A DNA stretch of 63,520 bases, counting the filler, from Rhabdomonas costata (Eukaryota): assembly GCA_019059605.1 (NCBI GenBank). It is 36 parts of 36 records of this genome, joined end to end, with 100 filler letters (N's around TTAATTAATTAA, not from the genome) between each part and the next. Parts side by side here need not be neighbours in the genome. Positions count along the whole stretch, not along the records: positions 24,757 to 26,423 come from JAHMHO010010996.1; positions 26,524 to 28,190 come from JAHMHO010010997.1; positions 28,291 to 29,957 come from JAHMHO010010998.1; positions 30,058 to 31,727 come from JAHMHO010010999.1; positions 31,828 to 33,495 come from JAHMHO010011000.1; positions 33,596 to 35,262 come from JAHMHO010011001.1; positions 35,363 to 37,028 come from JAHMHO010011002.1; positions 37,129 to 38,794 come from JAHMHO010011003.1; 28 more parts are not named here. One strand, 5' to 3'. Positions 24,900-37,227 of this stretch are shown here, piece after piece (the first letter of the stretch is position 1; each line of letters starts with the position of its first letter). Made by a program: the position numbers and the translations under genes. The notes under the pieces are model-generated. The model saw only the letters and a list, made by a program, of their open reading frames with translations, was not told where the DNA came from and searched no databases.

Positions 24900-26423
24900 G
24901 CTCCATGGTGCACGGTGCCCATTCCAGAGAAAATGCTGGTCAAGTGTGAGCACAGGTGTTGGACTTGTTGTAAGTTGAAATCCAGGCTAAAGTGATGGCA
25001 AAGAATTCACGGACCCTTAATGAGGCAATAGATATGTCCTGAGAGTATTTTAGAAAGCTTAGACCACTTCACAGGTGATTGTAGATGTTCAATAGTGCGC
25101 GATTTAGAAAGGAATAGAGGCTGGCTGTACTTCAATGGATTTGGATGTCATACGCTGTTGCTAAAGTCATTCAGGTGAGTGCTGCATTTCTAATATCTAA
25201 AGAAAGAAATGCACCTTGCACAGTTTCCAATGTATTGTTAACGTAAGTGCGGTGCAGGGAAGTGAAAATTTGTTAGAAACAGCGGCCTCGCTAGCGTTAG
25301 CAGCCTAAATCACTGCGAGTTCTCTATTGTTTTCCGCTACTTCACAGACACAATTTAATGCCACTTGTACGCCTTCTCAATAGAGGAGGCCGACTCCATT
25401 CAGATAACTGCAGGCGTTAAGATGTCGAGGACACATAAGAAGATGAGTGAGAGGATGTTACAGATCACATCAACCGTCTTGGAGATGTAAATCATGACTT
25501 ATCTCGTTTCCCATGATGTAGACGTCTCCAAGATTTGACCCCCAATACCGACTTTCACAGGGAGCAGGCAGCAGTTATATTTTCCGACGTCACGTTTGGA
25601 GGACGCAAAGCCTAAGGTCCCTTACAGAGTTTGTCGTATTGCTGAAATACCAGCCACTTTTATAGAGGCTGTGAATTGAATAAGACGGGGTTGGTCCAGA
25701 AAAGTGTGCCAAAGGTGCCGAAGAATTTCCAAAGTACGATGCAGGGCGTAGCGGTTCCGCACTGGTTCAGAAATCAAATAGTGTTAATATGGAAGAGCCG
25801 TAATCGGTCCATATCAGGCAAGAATTAAAATGTTGTGTGGAGAACGAATAACCAATGCTGGTTACCTTCTGTGAGCCACCAGTCGAAAACCCACAAATGA
25901 CGGTTGGGTTCATAATAATAATCTTCTCAAGAGGAAGAGGGTGATCCGTAGATCCAGGAAGTTTCACAGGGTTGTGCGAGTGGATTTTGGTGGAGGAAGA
26001 TCTTTCAGATGAGATTTCATATGGGTGTGGATACAACGTTCAGCAATTGTCGTAGAGTGGCTTGGAGCACCACAGTTCCGTTGTTAGTCTTGCAGTTCCA
26101 GAGGAACTTAATGGATTGTTAGGGTTACATTTTTATCTTCCAGATACTCCTCCACCTCAGCACTTGATGTTTATTTATTTGCGGATTCTTAATACACAGG
26201 TAATAGCGTTATTGGATTCAGGAGCATCAAAATTGTTTATGTCGAGAAACTTTCAAGATACGCGTTTCAAAAAATGTTTGCGGTAAATGTGGGAGTACTA
26301 CCAGTGAAAACTTTTGTGCAAATTGCCGGAAAATTTGGTGTTTAATGTAACGATTAACACGGCAATTTCAGTGGTGCTGTGCTATCATTTTTGACGAGGC
26401 TACAGCCGCAGATTGATTGGAAT
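24900..26423 (+). mobile_element. Decayed Ty3/Gypsy gag-protease region
   Basis: Gag-like IQAKVMAKNSRTLNEAIDM and TSMDLD (PMDLD motif); aspartic protease VIALLDSGASKLFMS; then LSFLTRLQPQIDW (xxWLxxxxPxIDW). Many stop codons. Confidence 0.82.
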
Positions 26424-26986
26424 NNNNNNNNNNNNNNNNNNNNNNNNNNNNNNNNNNNNNNNNNNNNTTAATTAATTAANNNNNNNNNNNNNNNNNNNNN
26501 NNNNNNNNNNNNNNNNNNNNNNNGTCGTTGATGGGTTGAATGTTTCTGGGGGGTGGGGGGCGCGTGAGGCTTGCCCTTTTCAATCTCTCAGCATTGGATG
26601 CTGAGAAATTCCATAGGCAATGTGACCTGTGGTCTTTTGGGATGGGTGGGACGGTGTCTTTCCTACAGCTGGTACGCTCTGTAACAAGATCCGATGTCAG
26701 TACATTCCACTGTACTTGGTCTCCTCGTCTTAGTGTAGTCACTCGCCCGGCTTTTTGTGCAGCATGGACACCCCTTAAATTTACAAGTGAGGCTTTGTTT
26801 TGGGCATGCTTTGACCTTTAATCTTTTTTCACCTAGTGTTTGTGACCAACCCACTGAACTACTGGAAACGTTTATGATCGTGAGACATCCTGGTCAGGAT
26901 TCTTTGCCCTCCAACGCCTGCCCGTCGAAGAATTTTTCTTCGGGGACCGGTGGAGAGGCGGATGGTGGTGCGCACTGTGTTCACAG

Positions 26987-28190
26987 ATTGCCCACGAGGC
27001 CGACCTGTTGGCGCTTTTGGCGTTGGTGAACACCCTGCTCCAGGCCCTGAGCAGCGGGCTTCTCGCCGGGGAATCGGCATGCTCGCAAAGCCGAGTGGGC
27101 CAGGGCTGGGCCTTTCCCTCCGCCTCCGACGCCGCGCTGACGGCGTGCGTGGGCAGAGTGTGGGGCCAGGACTCCGTGGTGGAGGTGAGCCACCCCACTC
27201 GGTACACTGTGGGGGTGAGTTGGCCCGCTGGGGCCCTGCCGGGGGCGGCAGGCGCCATGGTGGACGTCTGCGTGGTGAGCTACACAATCAGCCCCTACTA
27301 CTTGTGCGGATGCTCCCCACTACCCACCTGCTCTCGCTTTGAAACCTTCATGTTGCATATGAAACCCGTCCTTGTTTTTGTCTTGGGGATGTCGCCATAG
27401 GGGAACCGTGTCGAGGTCTTGGGAGGGTGCTGTGTGCCACTCGCAGTAAATGGCTGCGATTCTGGATGGAAAGGGGAGTCACCACCTCAATGATGGGCCT
27501 GGGATACCAAAGAAGACAAAAAAACGATATTAAGCAAAAAGAGAGCAGAAAGGATTTCCTTTTTTTTTTCGATCATTTGGATCTGTCGCATCTCATCGCT
27601 GGTCTTTACGCCTCTTTCATATGTACTCATTCGTGCGATGAGCTGATTTGTGTGTTGTTGTTTCCTGAAGCAAGCCGAAAAAGCAAAATTGCAGGATACG
27701 TGATCACACGGGTGATATTCGTTTGGCGACCATATATGGGTCGCCAAAAGTCGACTCACAGGAGCGTGGTGGGTCGTTCCGCATCGGTTTTTTTTCGCTT
27801 ACCGTTCCTCCTGACGCTTGTTGGGGTTGGCCGGAGCCTTGTTTTGTGGTTGCCTTTTCGCAGTACTTCCTCTGGGCAGACCGCGGTGCAGGACGTTTCC
27901 CTGCGCTACGCTTCCAACCACACCGACGTTCCCCTAAACCTCTCCTCCCCTTCCCTGGGCTTGTCCCTGGCGGGGTACGTCAACGACTCCGCGATGACCA
28001 GCAAGTGCTACTACCACCAGACCAACTCCTCGACTACCCTGCAGGGAAGGTGGCGGACCGACGACGTGGTCTCCATGCAGACCCCCTCTGGGCTGCAGTG
28101 CGGGCTGAGGCATCTCACCCCGTTCACGGTGTTCCAGCAGAACATCACCAACGCAACCCCCGCCTCGACATCGTGTTGCACCAACCCACA
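26987..28190 (+). CDS. GAIN/GPS-domain surface protein (polycystin/REJ- or adhesion-receptor-like), two exons (26987-27303, 27863-28190)
   Basis: VDVCVVSYTISPYY-F-TSSG...SKCYYHQTNSSTTLQGRWRTDDVVSMQTPSGLQCGLRHLTPFTV carries the GPS signature C-x-Y...W-x-T...C-x3-HLT-x-F. Canonical phase-2 intron. Confidence 0.8.
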
Positions 28191-29289
28191 NNNNNNNNNN
28201 NNNNNNNNNNNNNNNNNNNNNNNNNNNNNNNNNNTTAATTAATTAANNNNNNNNNNNNNNNNNNNNNNNNNNNNNNNNNNNNNNNNNNNNTCCAAGTTGG
28301 GTTGCCCCAAAAACAGCACGGCAAGAAAGCTGTGTGCGAGATCCCCCCCACCCCCGAAAAAAAAACCAACCAGGTGGCCCAAATTTTCCTGCACGTGGCA
28401 AATCGGACAATAAATAGTGGTTAGTGTGCAAGCAGAACGCCGCGAGACACACAAATTTCCCATCATATGGCTAATGAGGATTTTTCACGACAATTTCCAG
28501 CCAATGAGGGCTTGATTTGTCGTGTGCTCCATTTTTTGTCCGTTTAAAAATGTTCTCTCGGGAAGGGTTTTGGGTTCTTCACTGTGTGTGTTTCTAGGAT
28601 CTAAGTACACAGTAGAGGGGAAACAAGGGGGCCACTCGCATCAACACTTAAACCCCTGCAAAATCTTTTGTTCGAATCCTTCAGGTCCAGATGAGCAGGA
28701 ACTTCGACGAAGGCAGGCAATTTCCCATCAGCGGGTTGCATACCAGACTAACAAGGGGTTGCACGACATGCTGCAAATGCTCAGTATCCTTCAGGGGTTT
28801 GGGGTGAGACAGAATGAGCATAAAGCGACGGTGCACAATCTCAGATCGTTGCACAGGAACTGTAAAATTGCAGCGAAAATGAGCCACCGCCGATTCTCTG
28901 CGCACCCCTCCTCCTCCGAGAAGAAACTTACCGCTGCAGGGCAAGGGTGGAGGTGCTGTTGCCAGACGCCCCCCTGAGATGCTCGGTCAGCACCTGCGGG
29001 AGGAACTCGGTAAGTTGGTTGTGCATCATCGTGGGCCATCCCTTTTTGGAGACATAGAGAACAGCAGAGCTCTTCACTACTATTCGGAGTTGTGTTGTGT
29101 TGTGTTGTGTATAGCTTAACGCGCATCAGAGCAGAAACTACTTTCTCGCCTCACCTCAAGTCCTACACCCTTTGGTCTGCAGAGTGTTTGGACACGGGTG
29201 GTACCACCCGTCATTTGACGTTGGCTTCTTTGATTCCGCGAGACATGAGAGGTCGTTCCCTTCCCTTGACTCACCCCACATACCGTCAC

Positions 29290-29519
29290 CGGATGGGGCA
29301 CGTTGGTTGTCTCCTTGCTGTGACGGCTGTGCAGGCTCTCGACAAGGTAGCACCCGTTGTCCAGCTTTGTCGCGGTCAGCATGTCGCCCAACAGAGCTCG
29401 GGCCGATGCGGTGACGCAGACCTGCCCGGAGGTGGCCGCGTTGACGGCATCTCCCACAGTGGCCAGCGGCCGGCCCGCAAGGAGAAACAGCCGGCGGCCC
29501 GTGCCCTCGACCAGGAACC
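29290..29519 (-). CDS. Soluble-type (ADCY10-like) adenylate cyclase catalytic-domain exon
   Basis: FLVEGTGRRLFLLAGRPLATVGDAVNAATSGQVCVTASARALLGD matches the sAC C1 pattern R-x-F-L-x-x-G-x-P-L-x-x-V-x-x-A-x3-A-x-x-G-x-V-x-x-S/T. Flanked by CAG and GT. Confidence 0.65.
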
Positions 29520-31537
29520 CTGAAACCCAGGCGAGGACCGAAAAGATTCTGTTTCAGCAAGTTCTGGGCCGCGGATGAGAGGGTGAAAAAGCACGAACAC
29601 GCGATCAGCTGTTCATAAGGTTTTCTAAGAAATTCTGGAGCCAAGAATCTAAATTCGCAGAAAATCAGCAACGCTCATCTCGCCTTCTTGGAAGGGTTGC
29701 CGGGAAGAGATTAGGAAAATACACCGATGTACCATTCTGGCTCTTCCAGGGAGTTTCGCGAAAATACACCCAAATTCCGCAAATTCCGCATTATTACCCC
29801 GAAAGCACCAGCACATTCCGCTGTTTAAACGGACAGCCGATAGAGCGGCCACTCGCACATACGTAGATTCATGCAAAACCACAATCTCTCGCCACACCGC
29901 AACCTAGTGAAACACCCCAACACCACAAAAACCCACTTCCCGATTTTCCAAAAACAANNNNNNNNNNNNNNNNNNNNNNNNNNNNNNNNNNNNNNNNNNN
30001 NTTAATTAATTAANNNNNNNNNNNNNNNNNNNNNNNNNNNNNNNNNNNNNNNNNNNNGGTTGTGGGTTGGAAGGACCTGAGAGATCGCTGTACGCTTCTG
30101 GAGCATGGAGGGTGAATGCTTGTGAATGCATGTGCTTTGTGCTGGTGCGGGGTTTAAATTTCGTCATCCTTCGAGCTGTGTGGTATGCCCCTTACAGTGC
30201 TCACTCCATTGTGACTGCCGATTTGAAGGGGCTGATGTGCTTGCCTGATTGCGGATAGAGATTGCTGTGAGTTCACTGTGTTCGGTTTCGTTCGCGCTGA
30301 GTTTTTGGTTTATGTGGGGCGATGCGCATTCGTGTGAGGTTGTGGACAACCCACACCCAATGCTTTCTGCTGTGGCCGCGAGCGGCCTTGCCGTTTGCTA
30401 TTAGCGGTCGCGCACGCGGCGGTTTCCTGTTTCTCACACAGAGGCGGGAAGAGACCGGCGGCGGTTTGCCAGTGTTGTCAAAACATGTAAGTACATGTAA
30501 TTATGAGCCTCACGATTGTTCTGCCACTGCACAGCCACTGCATGTGGTCATCGCCAGTGGAGGTATTGTATTCGGCCAGAATTTGGGCTTTCCCTTGCTG
30601 AAGTAATTTTCGTCTTGCGGTCAAAATCCCGACTTCGGAGTAGCGGAAGCAGAATCTGAATCTGAATCTGATCCATCATCATCGCTTCCTGGAGTGTGCA
30701 AGGGAAATTAAAGGTGTGGTGACCATCTCTTGAGCCGCCTGTTTCCAGAACCTGTCGCTCCATTCCGCGTTCTTGACTTTTCGATATTCCTGCCCAGCAG
30801 CACGTGCTGAGGGTTTTCGCCACTTTGGGCGCTGCGCGCGTCTCACAGATCCATAATTGTGTGCGCTGATAGTGGTTCAGAAACATATAGTACATCCACA
30901 ACAGTCATGTGTCGTCTTCCTTCTGAAGTGTGATTCCATGTTTTACCTCCATTGTCCTGATGAAAAGTGGCCTAGCCTTCACCTGGTTTTTGCGAGGTTT
31001 TGAATCACATTAAGTTGGTATGAGTGCATTTATTCCCCCTCCCTATACACACTTTTGTTTTTTTGGTATGTTGCTTACAAAAGGGAAGCCAGGGGTCAGC
31101 GTGGGTACACCAAAAGTGTCCTGTTGCCCCGCCTCCAGGAATCTATGTGGTCTATGTGGTAGCATGGCGGGTGTGTTTAAGTGCTTTTCTCGCGATGCTT
31201 TGCAACGACAACTCAGGCCCTGTGGTCATCATGATACAGAGTTTCAGCACTCACGGAACGATCCCGGAATAGTGAGGTGACATTCGCGGTTGACAGTGAC
31301 ATTCACACGGATTCCTCTGCCTTTGACCTTTTCTCATATCCTTCCTGCGCCTTTTTCGGGATGCGTTGCCTGACCCGGCCTTACGTCTTCCTTCTTTTGA
31401 GCTACTTTTTGCAAATGTTGCATTTTTTCTATTTTCTACTTCCCTGTCCGTGCAGTGGTTGCATTGTTTTTCGGTTGTTGTTGTTTTCGGAATTGTTACC
31501 AATGAAGAAAACGGTCAAAAATGGGTTGCTCTCCCAG

Positions 31538-31727
31538 TAACGTTGCCGGCCACACTACGCTGCTGATTCCTCCCGAGGCGGAGGCGGTGGTGGAGTGCCT
31601 GGAGACCCTGGCCCACCCCACCACAGCCCTGGAGGGGGCCCGGCAGTGCTACGGCAGCGGGCGAGCGACGGATCCCCGCTTTGAGTGGCAAGCCGTGCAG
31701 CGGCTGCAAGAGAGGACCCGGGACCTT
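31538..31727 (+). CDS. Exon of an unknown protein
   Basis: GC3-rich frame LLIPPEAEAVVECLETLAHPTTALEGARQCYGSGRATDPRFEWQAVQRLQERTRDL after a CCCAG acceptor. Confidence 0.45.
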
Positions 31728-32559
31728 NNNNNNNNNNNNNNNNNNNNNNNNNNNNNNNNNNNNNNNNNNNNTTAATTAATTAANNNNNNNNNNNNNNNNN
31801 NNNNNNNNNNNNNNNNNNNNNNNNNNNTATTTTAGGGACGGAAAAGTACTGACCTCCTTTTATTTCCCCCTGTCTCCACCGCGGAGCCCAATCTATCCCA
31901 CTTGCCCCTAAGAGTCATTACAACATTGCAACCTTGGCCAGCCAGACAGCGCACGCGAGCTAATGCCACAACGTTTTCCGCAAAATCTAAGCTTCTGCCG
32001 TCGTTATCGACCAAATCGCACCCCCACCCTTTTATTTTCGATATTTTGAGCGGTAATAGCAAACAAAAAACACCGTGCGTTAAACCTAGCCTCTTGAGCC
32101 GGGCAGTTTTGTCATGTTGCAGTAAGGTTCGCGTCCACCCTGCCAGGCACAAAAATGGCATTCCTTCAGGCGACGCACAGGAAGGAGTTCAATCCACAAC
32201 CTGCAAGAACCGACTGTGACACACGAGGAACAGAACGGCGAATGAGAAAAGGTAGCCATTCGCTACAGACGGCTGAGAAATACACACCACAGGTAGTATA
32301 CACACAGGCGGCGAAGATCACTTGTCCCGCCCAACGACCGAGGCCCACCCACGTATCTTACGGAGGGGGCGAGCCACCACCACACCTCCCCACCACCGCA
32401 GGAACACCGATAAGGTGCTCCAAAGAGGAAAAGCAGCACCTCCCTTCCTCCCGTGAACTCAACCCCCACATGGAGCAACGCAAACCAGAAGCTGGTTCTT
32501 GTTGGTCATTTTCACTCACACCGCCCACCCTGCACTCTCGTCGCCCTTAACCACCTCAC

Positions 32560-33495
32560 TCACCCCAGAAGCTTCTCAATATCGGGCAGGATGGCGTCCG
32601 GGGTTGTGGTGCTGGAGTACCGCTGCACGGGGCGCCCCTCCCGATCGCACAGGAACTTTGTGAAGTTCCACTTCACGGCAGTGCTGCCCAGGAACCCTGG
32701 CACGGAGGTCTTCAGGAAGTTGTATATCGGCGCTTCTCCCGCCCCGTTAACATCCACCTTACTCATGATCGGAAAGGTGGCGTTGAACCGCTGGCAGGCG
32801 AAGGTGCAGATCTCCTGAGAGCACATACGCACAAACATACAAGCAAGCACAAACTGAGCTACCCGTCACTCGCTTTTCTCTTAAGAATACGATTGGTTGC
32901 TGTCGAGTGGCGAGGCACAGCGCAGCAAAAGGGGAGGTTGGTTGCTCGCACGCACATCCGATAATTCAAACTTGAGTTGAGAGTGCTATTGAGATTTTGT
33001 AATAAAAGAAGATGGAATCGGCACTCGGCACAAAAGCAATCGGCAGGTGAACAAGGCTGTCTACCTGGTAAAAAGTCAAACCTTCTCGCTCCTCCTTGTG
33101 CAAAGACTATTCTTGAAGGATCTCAGTGCTAAAGGCCCCGGCTTTGGGTTGTCCCTACACTTGATACACTTGTAAGATACAAAGATGCTGCGTTCAACGA
33201 AAAATCATAAGAAAGCACAGAGGGGAATGAAACGCGAACAAACACAACCGTCCGAGTCAACCACGGCAAATGAGCAACCCCACCCCCCACACACAGAAAC
33301 CTCCATGGTGCCAGGCTCCTGGCCCAAGAACTGGTTGCATGGAAACCCTAGCACGGTGAAGCCTTTCGGCCCCAGCTTGTCCTGAAGCTCCTGCAGGCCC
33401 TTGTATTGGGGGGTGAAGCCGCACTTCGAGGCCACGTTCACCACGAGCACAACCTTGCCCTTGAACTGGCTCAGCGCGACGGCCTCCCCCCCCAC
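32560..33495 (-). CDS. GPX: Glutathione peroxidase-like thiol peroxidase (non-selenium, two-Cys type), last two exons (33495-33301, about 32815-32560)
   Basis: [37 protein letters not shown] and VKWNFTKFL motifs. GT-AG intron. Stop at 32560. The active-site codon is TGC. Confidence 0.97.
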
Positions 33496-34383
33496 NNNNN
33501 NNNNNNNNNNNNNNNNNNNNNNNNNNNNNNNNNNNNNNNTTAATTAATTAANNNNNNNNNNNNNNNNNNNNNNNNNNNNNNNNNNNNNNNNNNNNGGGGG
33601 TTGATGCCATCCCGAGGAAGATGGGGAAGAAAGGCTCTCGTCGTGCCTTCTGATTCCACTTCAGAAAGCACGTCAGAAGCAAAATTCAAACATTTCGCCA
33701 TTGCCATTGCTACAGTGTTTCAGTTAAAAGGGACCAATATAATACACAGGTTACATTCTGTCTGATATCGGTTTCGAGTGAGCAGGTACTTGCTTGCAAT
33801 TTTCTTATTATGTGGCCGGATGATGCTGTGACGGTGGAGAAGGAGACGGACAATTTTAGTGTAAATGTAAAAGTTGCAGACACGTCCGAGATCAATGATG
33901 AAGTAGGGTGGTCTCCATTTGTACTCCGTGAGGGCGAAGCCCCAAACACGACGGAGACAGGGAGCCTGCGAACAAGACCCAGTTCCGGAGCTGGCGTAGT
34001 GTGCGCGGGACTTGGGCAATGACGGGCACGCCTTTCATTGGCCCACAAGAAGAAGTCGAGCGGGGGAGAGATCGGAGCCTTCGTGGCCATCGACCGAACC
34101 TATAACTTAGGATAGATTCATTAAGAAGATTTATTGGTCAATTCTAAATGGAACACCCGGTATTTGCCAATGCCGTGGATTATGCGGACAGCATGGTGGG
34201 ACCGCAGAGATAGGTCAAACAAAAACTGAGAGACTGGAAGAGTGAGAGACTGAGAGATTGAATGTGCAGCAAAACTTGAGAACAATCGATAAAAAGCACG
34301 CACCCACGCTAGCAAAACTGGTTAATCCGCTGCGCGGTCCACTGCCATTTACAAAAGGAAAGATACATGAGGGTTCAAAGGGT

Positions 34384-34889
34384 TCAAAACGAGTGGGGAC
34401 CTGTGCGCGCCACGTTGGAAATATTCCCTCCGAAAAACGGGTCCCCAAGCAAGCCCTCGCACGTTGGGCGTGCCCTGGGTTCGCGTTCAAGACAACGCTT
34501 CAGCATATTGGTCAACGCATCCGAAAGCTCGGGGCACTCCTCCAAGCTTGGAAGCAGCTCCTCCGACGTCACCTCGCTAATCTTCAGCATCAGAGCCATC
34601 TCAACCGTCGGTGTCCGATAAGGCTTTGGGTATTTTCCACTCACTAAGATGATGGCCATGATCGCAAAGCTCCACACATCCCACGGCGGTGTGATCGTCC
34701 CTGTATAATTGGCCTCAGGGGGGCGAAACAGCGGCGTGCCGCGCCAGCAGATGGGCGCAGAACTACCCTGTCCGGGTCCGGGGGGGATGGGCTGCACAGG
34801 CAGGGTCAGGCCGAAGTCCACGATCTTTACGGTTCCGCTTCTGGTAAGCATCACGTTGGCAGGCTTGATATCTCCGTGCACAACATGTG
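34384..34889 (-). CDS. Ser/Thr protein kinase, C-terminal exon (subdomains VIb-XI; STE/MAP3K-like)
   Basis: HGDIKPAN, KIVDFG, GTPLFRPPE, DVWSF and RCLEREPRARPT...LLGDPF, then a stop. Confidence 0.93.
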
Positions 34890-36143
34890 CTGTGCGTGAC
34901 GGCAAAGACCCGACCTTCCAATATACACGCCAGCTAACGACCAATTGACAGAAAATTAAATCAACGCCAGTAATGAAAAAAACCTCCGGTTGAATGTGCA
35001 CACGCTTTCCAGTGTGGAGGGCTTCGCGGACAGTTGACATACTTTATTTTTCACAGAATGCTAAGCTCTCTTTGACGTCCTACACATTCCAATAATGGTG
35101 CATCATACACAACCTTGTTTACTGCGTTAATGAAACAACGAAACATCCTCCTGCCAGACGGCGGCGTCTTTTTGTTTGCATCGAACCTCTTGACGAGACA
35201 AGAACCGGTTCTCATGGACAGTGCAAGATCATACTTCAGCGGAATCCACACACACAAACACCNNNNNNNNNNNNNNNNNNNNNNNNNNNNNNNNNNNNNN
35301 NNNNNNTTAATTAATTAANNNNNNNNNNNNNNNNNNNNNNNNNNNNNNNNNNNNNNNNNNNNGTGTTTGTGTGCATTCAACAAACAGTGGTGAATGCACA
35401 TAATGCCGCCAAGATACCAAATTCGCTTTTCCTACAGACATGATGGAGTGAGCCTGATACAATCGTTCCTGGCATGAGTCAGTGTCCGCGTTGAGTGAGT
35501 AGGTTATGCTCAGCTCTGCAATTAAAAGGCATCGGTCACCATGTCTTTTGATAAGTAGCTGACCATTGCAATATTTCTTCCCTCGGGAGGATATTCTCGC
35601 TGAAACTATCCGGGGTGAAAACAACGAGATGAAAAGCTCAGTGAAGTTCCACAAAAACAATCCCGCAGAAACATAAAACTCATTTCAACATTCCGAATTG
35701 AAAAAGAGGCACTCCAATTGGAGTATAGGAATACGTGTATAGGAATAACACTGAAACCTTAAAAATCCAAATGAAAAAGGAAGGGGAAGGAAGGGGCCCC
35801 ATGAAACCAAGAAAAATGGATTCTTATAAAGAAATTCGCTGAGAGAAGCAAAAGAGGTGTACAGTGTTCAATGAGAAGGTGGGCTGGGCGACCGCGCAAT
35901 TCACAAGCCACGCTGGTTCGCATTCCAGCCACCGAGGGAACCAAAATATATAAGGCATACTGAGAGAACTTGAGAGACGCAAATGTTACAAACTCCATCC
36001 CATATGGTAAACCCTATGACCCATCTGAAACACGTCAGAGAAAAAAACGAGGCAAAAAGTAAACACGCCGCGACATGAGCCCATCGTTAACCCACAAAAA
36101 AAACTTCCCGGGAATGATATGTCCAGCGGAAGGTGGCCGTCAT

Positions 36144-36976
36144 TCAAAGAATGCTGGGCCCGGGTCCAGGCCCCTTGGGATCTCGGAGCTCGGGCCGGTA
36201 CTGGGCTGTGAAGCGAGTGTGCACGAGTCCTCCCATGGAAGCCCTCATCTGGACGAGCTAGTGCACATTAGGTTGTGAAACAATAAGGTAGGGGCGGAGT
36301 GAAGACTACAATCGGACGACGGAAAGTAGGAAGAACGATGGAAGGACGACAGCCTGATTGCACCGAAGGCGCGCGGGCAAAGCCCGCATGGTGAGAGGAG
36401 AGACACTCGAACCTCCCGCGTACCGCGTACGCAGAACTCCCATACCGGACTAACGAATAATAAAACGGGTTCTAAAGTGTAAGCCCATTAAATGTTGCTT
36501 TTTTCAACGCAGCGGAGGGAAACAACATTGTCTGTTTGTCGCATCAACAACATTGAACGCCACCAATTGCACAAAACGAAGAGTCTAAGAGACTAAGACC
36601 TGGTCATTGTTCAACATAAAGTACTTCAAACTGCGCAGAGGGGCGAAAACAGGGTTTGACGTTTTAGTGGTTTTGATCTTGGCGGATAACATCTTGGTGT
36701 GGAACGGCCGCAACATCAGCAATGATTGCTTCACACCCTTTCCCTTCAAGGCACACAAGAATGCAGTCTCGCGGATGCTTGTGCTGGCCACACCAAACAC
36801 GAATAAAAAGGAGGAAAGAAGGCCAAAAACCTGCGGGTGCGGCCCTCGTGCCAGCCTGAGCCTGGCGGCGATGGCGCCGAGAGATCGCGACGCCCAGAAG
36901 GCCACCCGCAGTGGCCAAGACGGCAGCACCGGCCACCGACCCCACAACAATCCCCGCAATGGCCCCGCCCGATAGC
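36144..36976 (-). CDS. C-terminal TM helix and cytoplasmic tail of a type I membrane protein
   Basis: LSGGAIAGIVVGSVAGAAVLATAGGLLGVAISRRHRR is a typical TM segment plus basic stop-transfer. A probable last exon ends YRPELRDPKGPGPGPSIL*. Confidence 0.6.
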
Positions 36977-37128
36977 TCACTAAAAAAAAATTGTGAAAAA
37001 GCAAAAATGAGTCAGTGGAAAACAAACANNNNNNNNNNNNNNNNNNNNNNNNNNNNNNNNNNNNNNNNNNNNTTAATTAATTAANNNNNNNNNNNNNNNN
37101 NNNNNNNNNNNNNNNNNNNNNNNNNNNN

Positions 37129-37227
37129 GAGCTGCGGAGGGGTGTCCTGCGCCACGAACTACACCGGCACAGCGACGGTGGGTTGCGGAACTTCCTACGG
37201 GACATTCTCGCTTTCGGGATGCACAGG
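37129..37227 (+). CDS. Exon encoding a small Cys-rich extracellular module
   Basis: VSCATNYTGTATVGCGTSYGTFSLSGCT followed by a phase-1 GT donor. Sushi-like C..Y.G...C...F.LSGC spacing. Confidence 0.55.

Noticed and set aside
33420..33425. Selenocysteine GPx with a SECIS element
   Set aside because: The active-site codon is TGC (Cys), not TGA.
36366..36390. GC hairpin gcgggcaaagcccgc as a Helitron 3' end or terminator
   Set aside because: No following CTRR and no U-tract.
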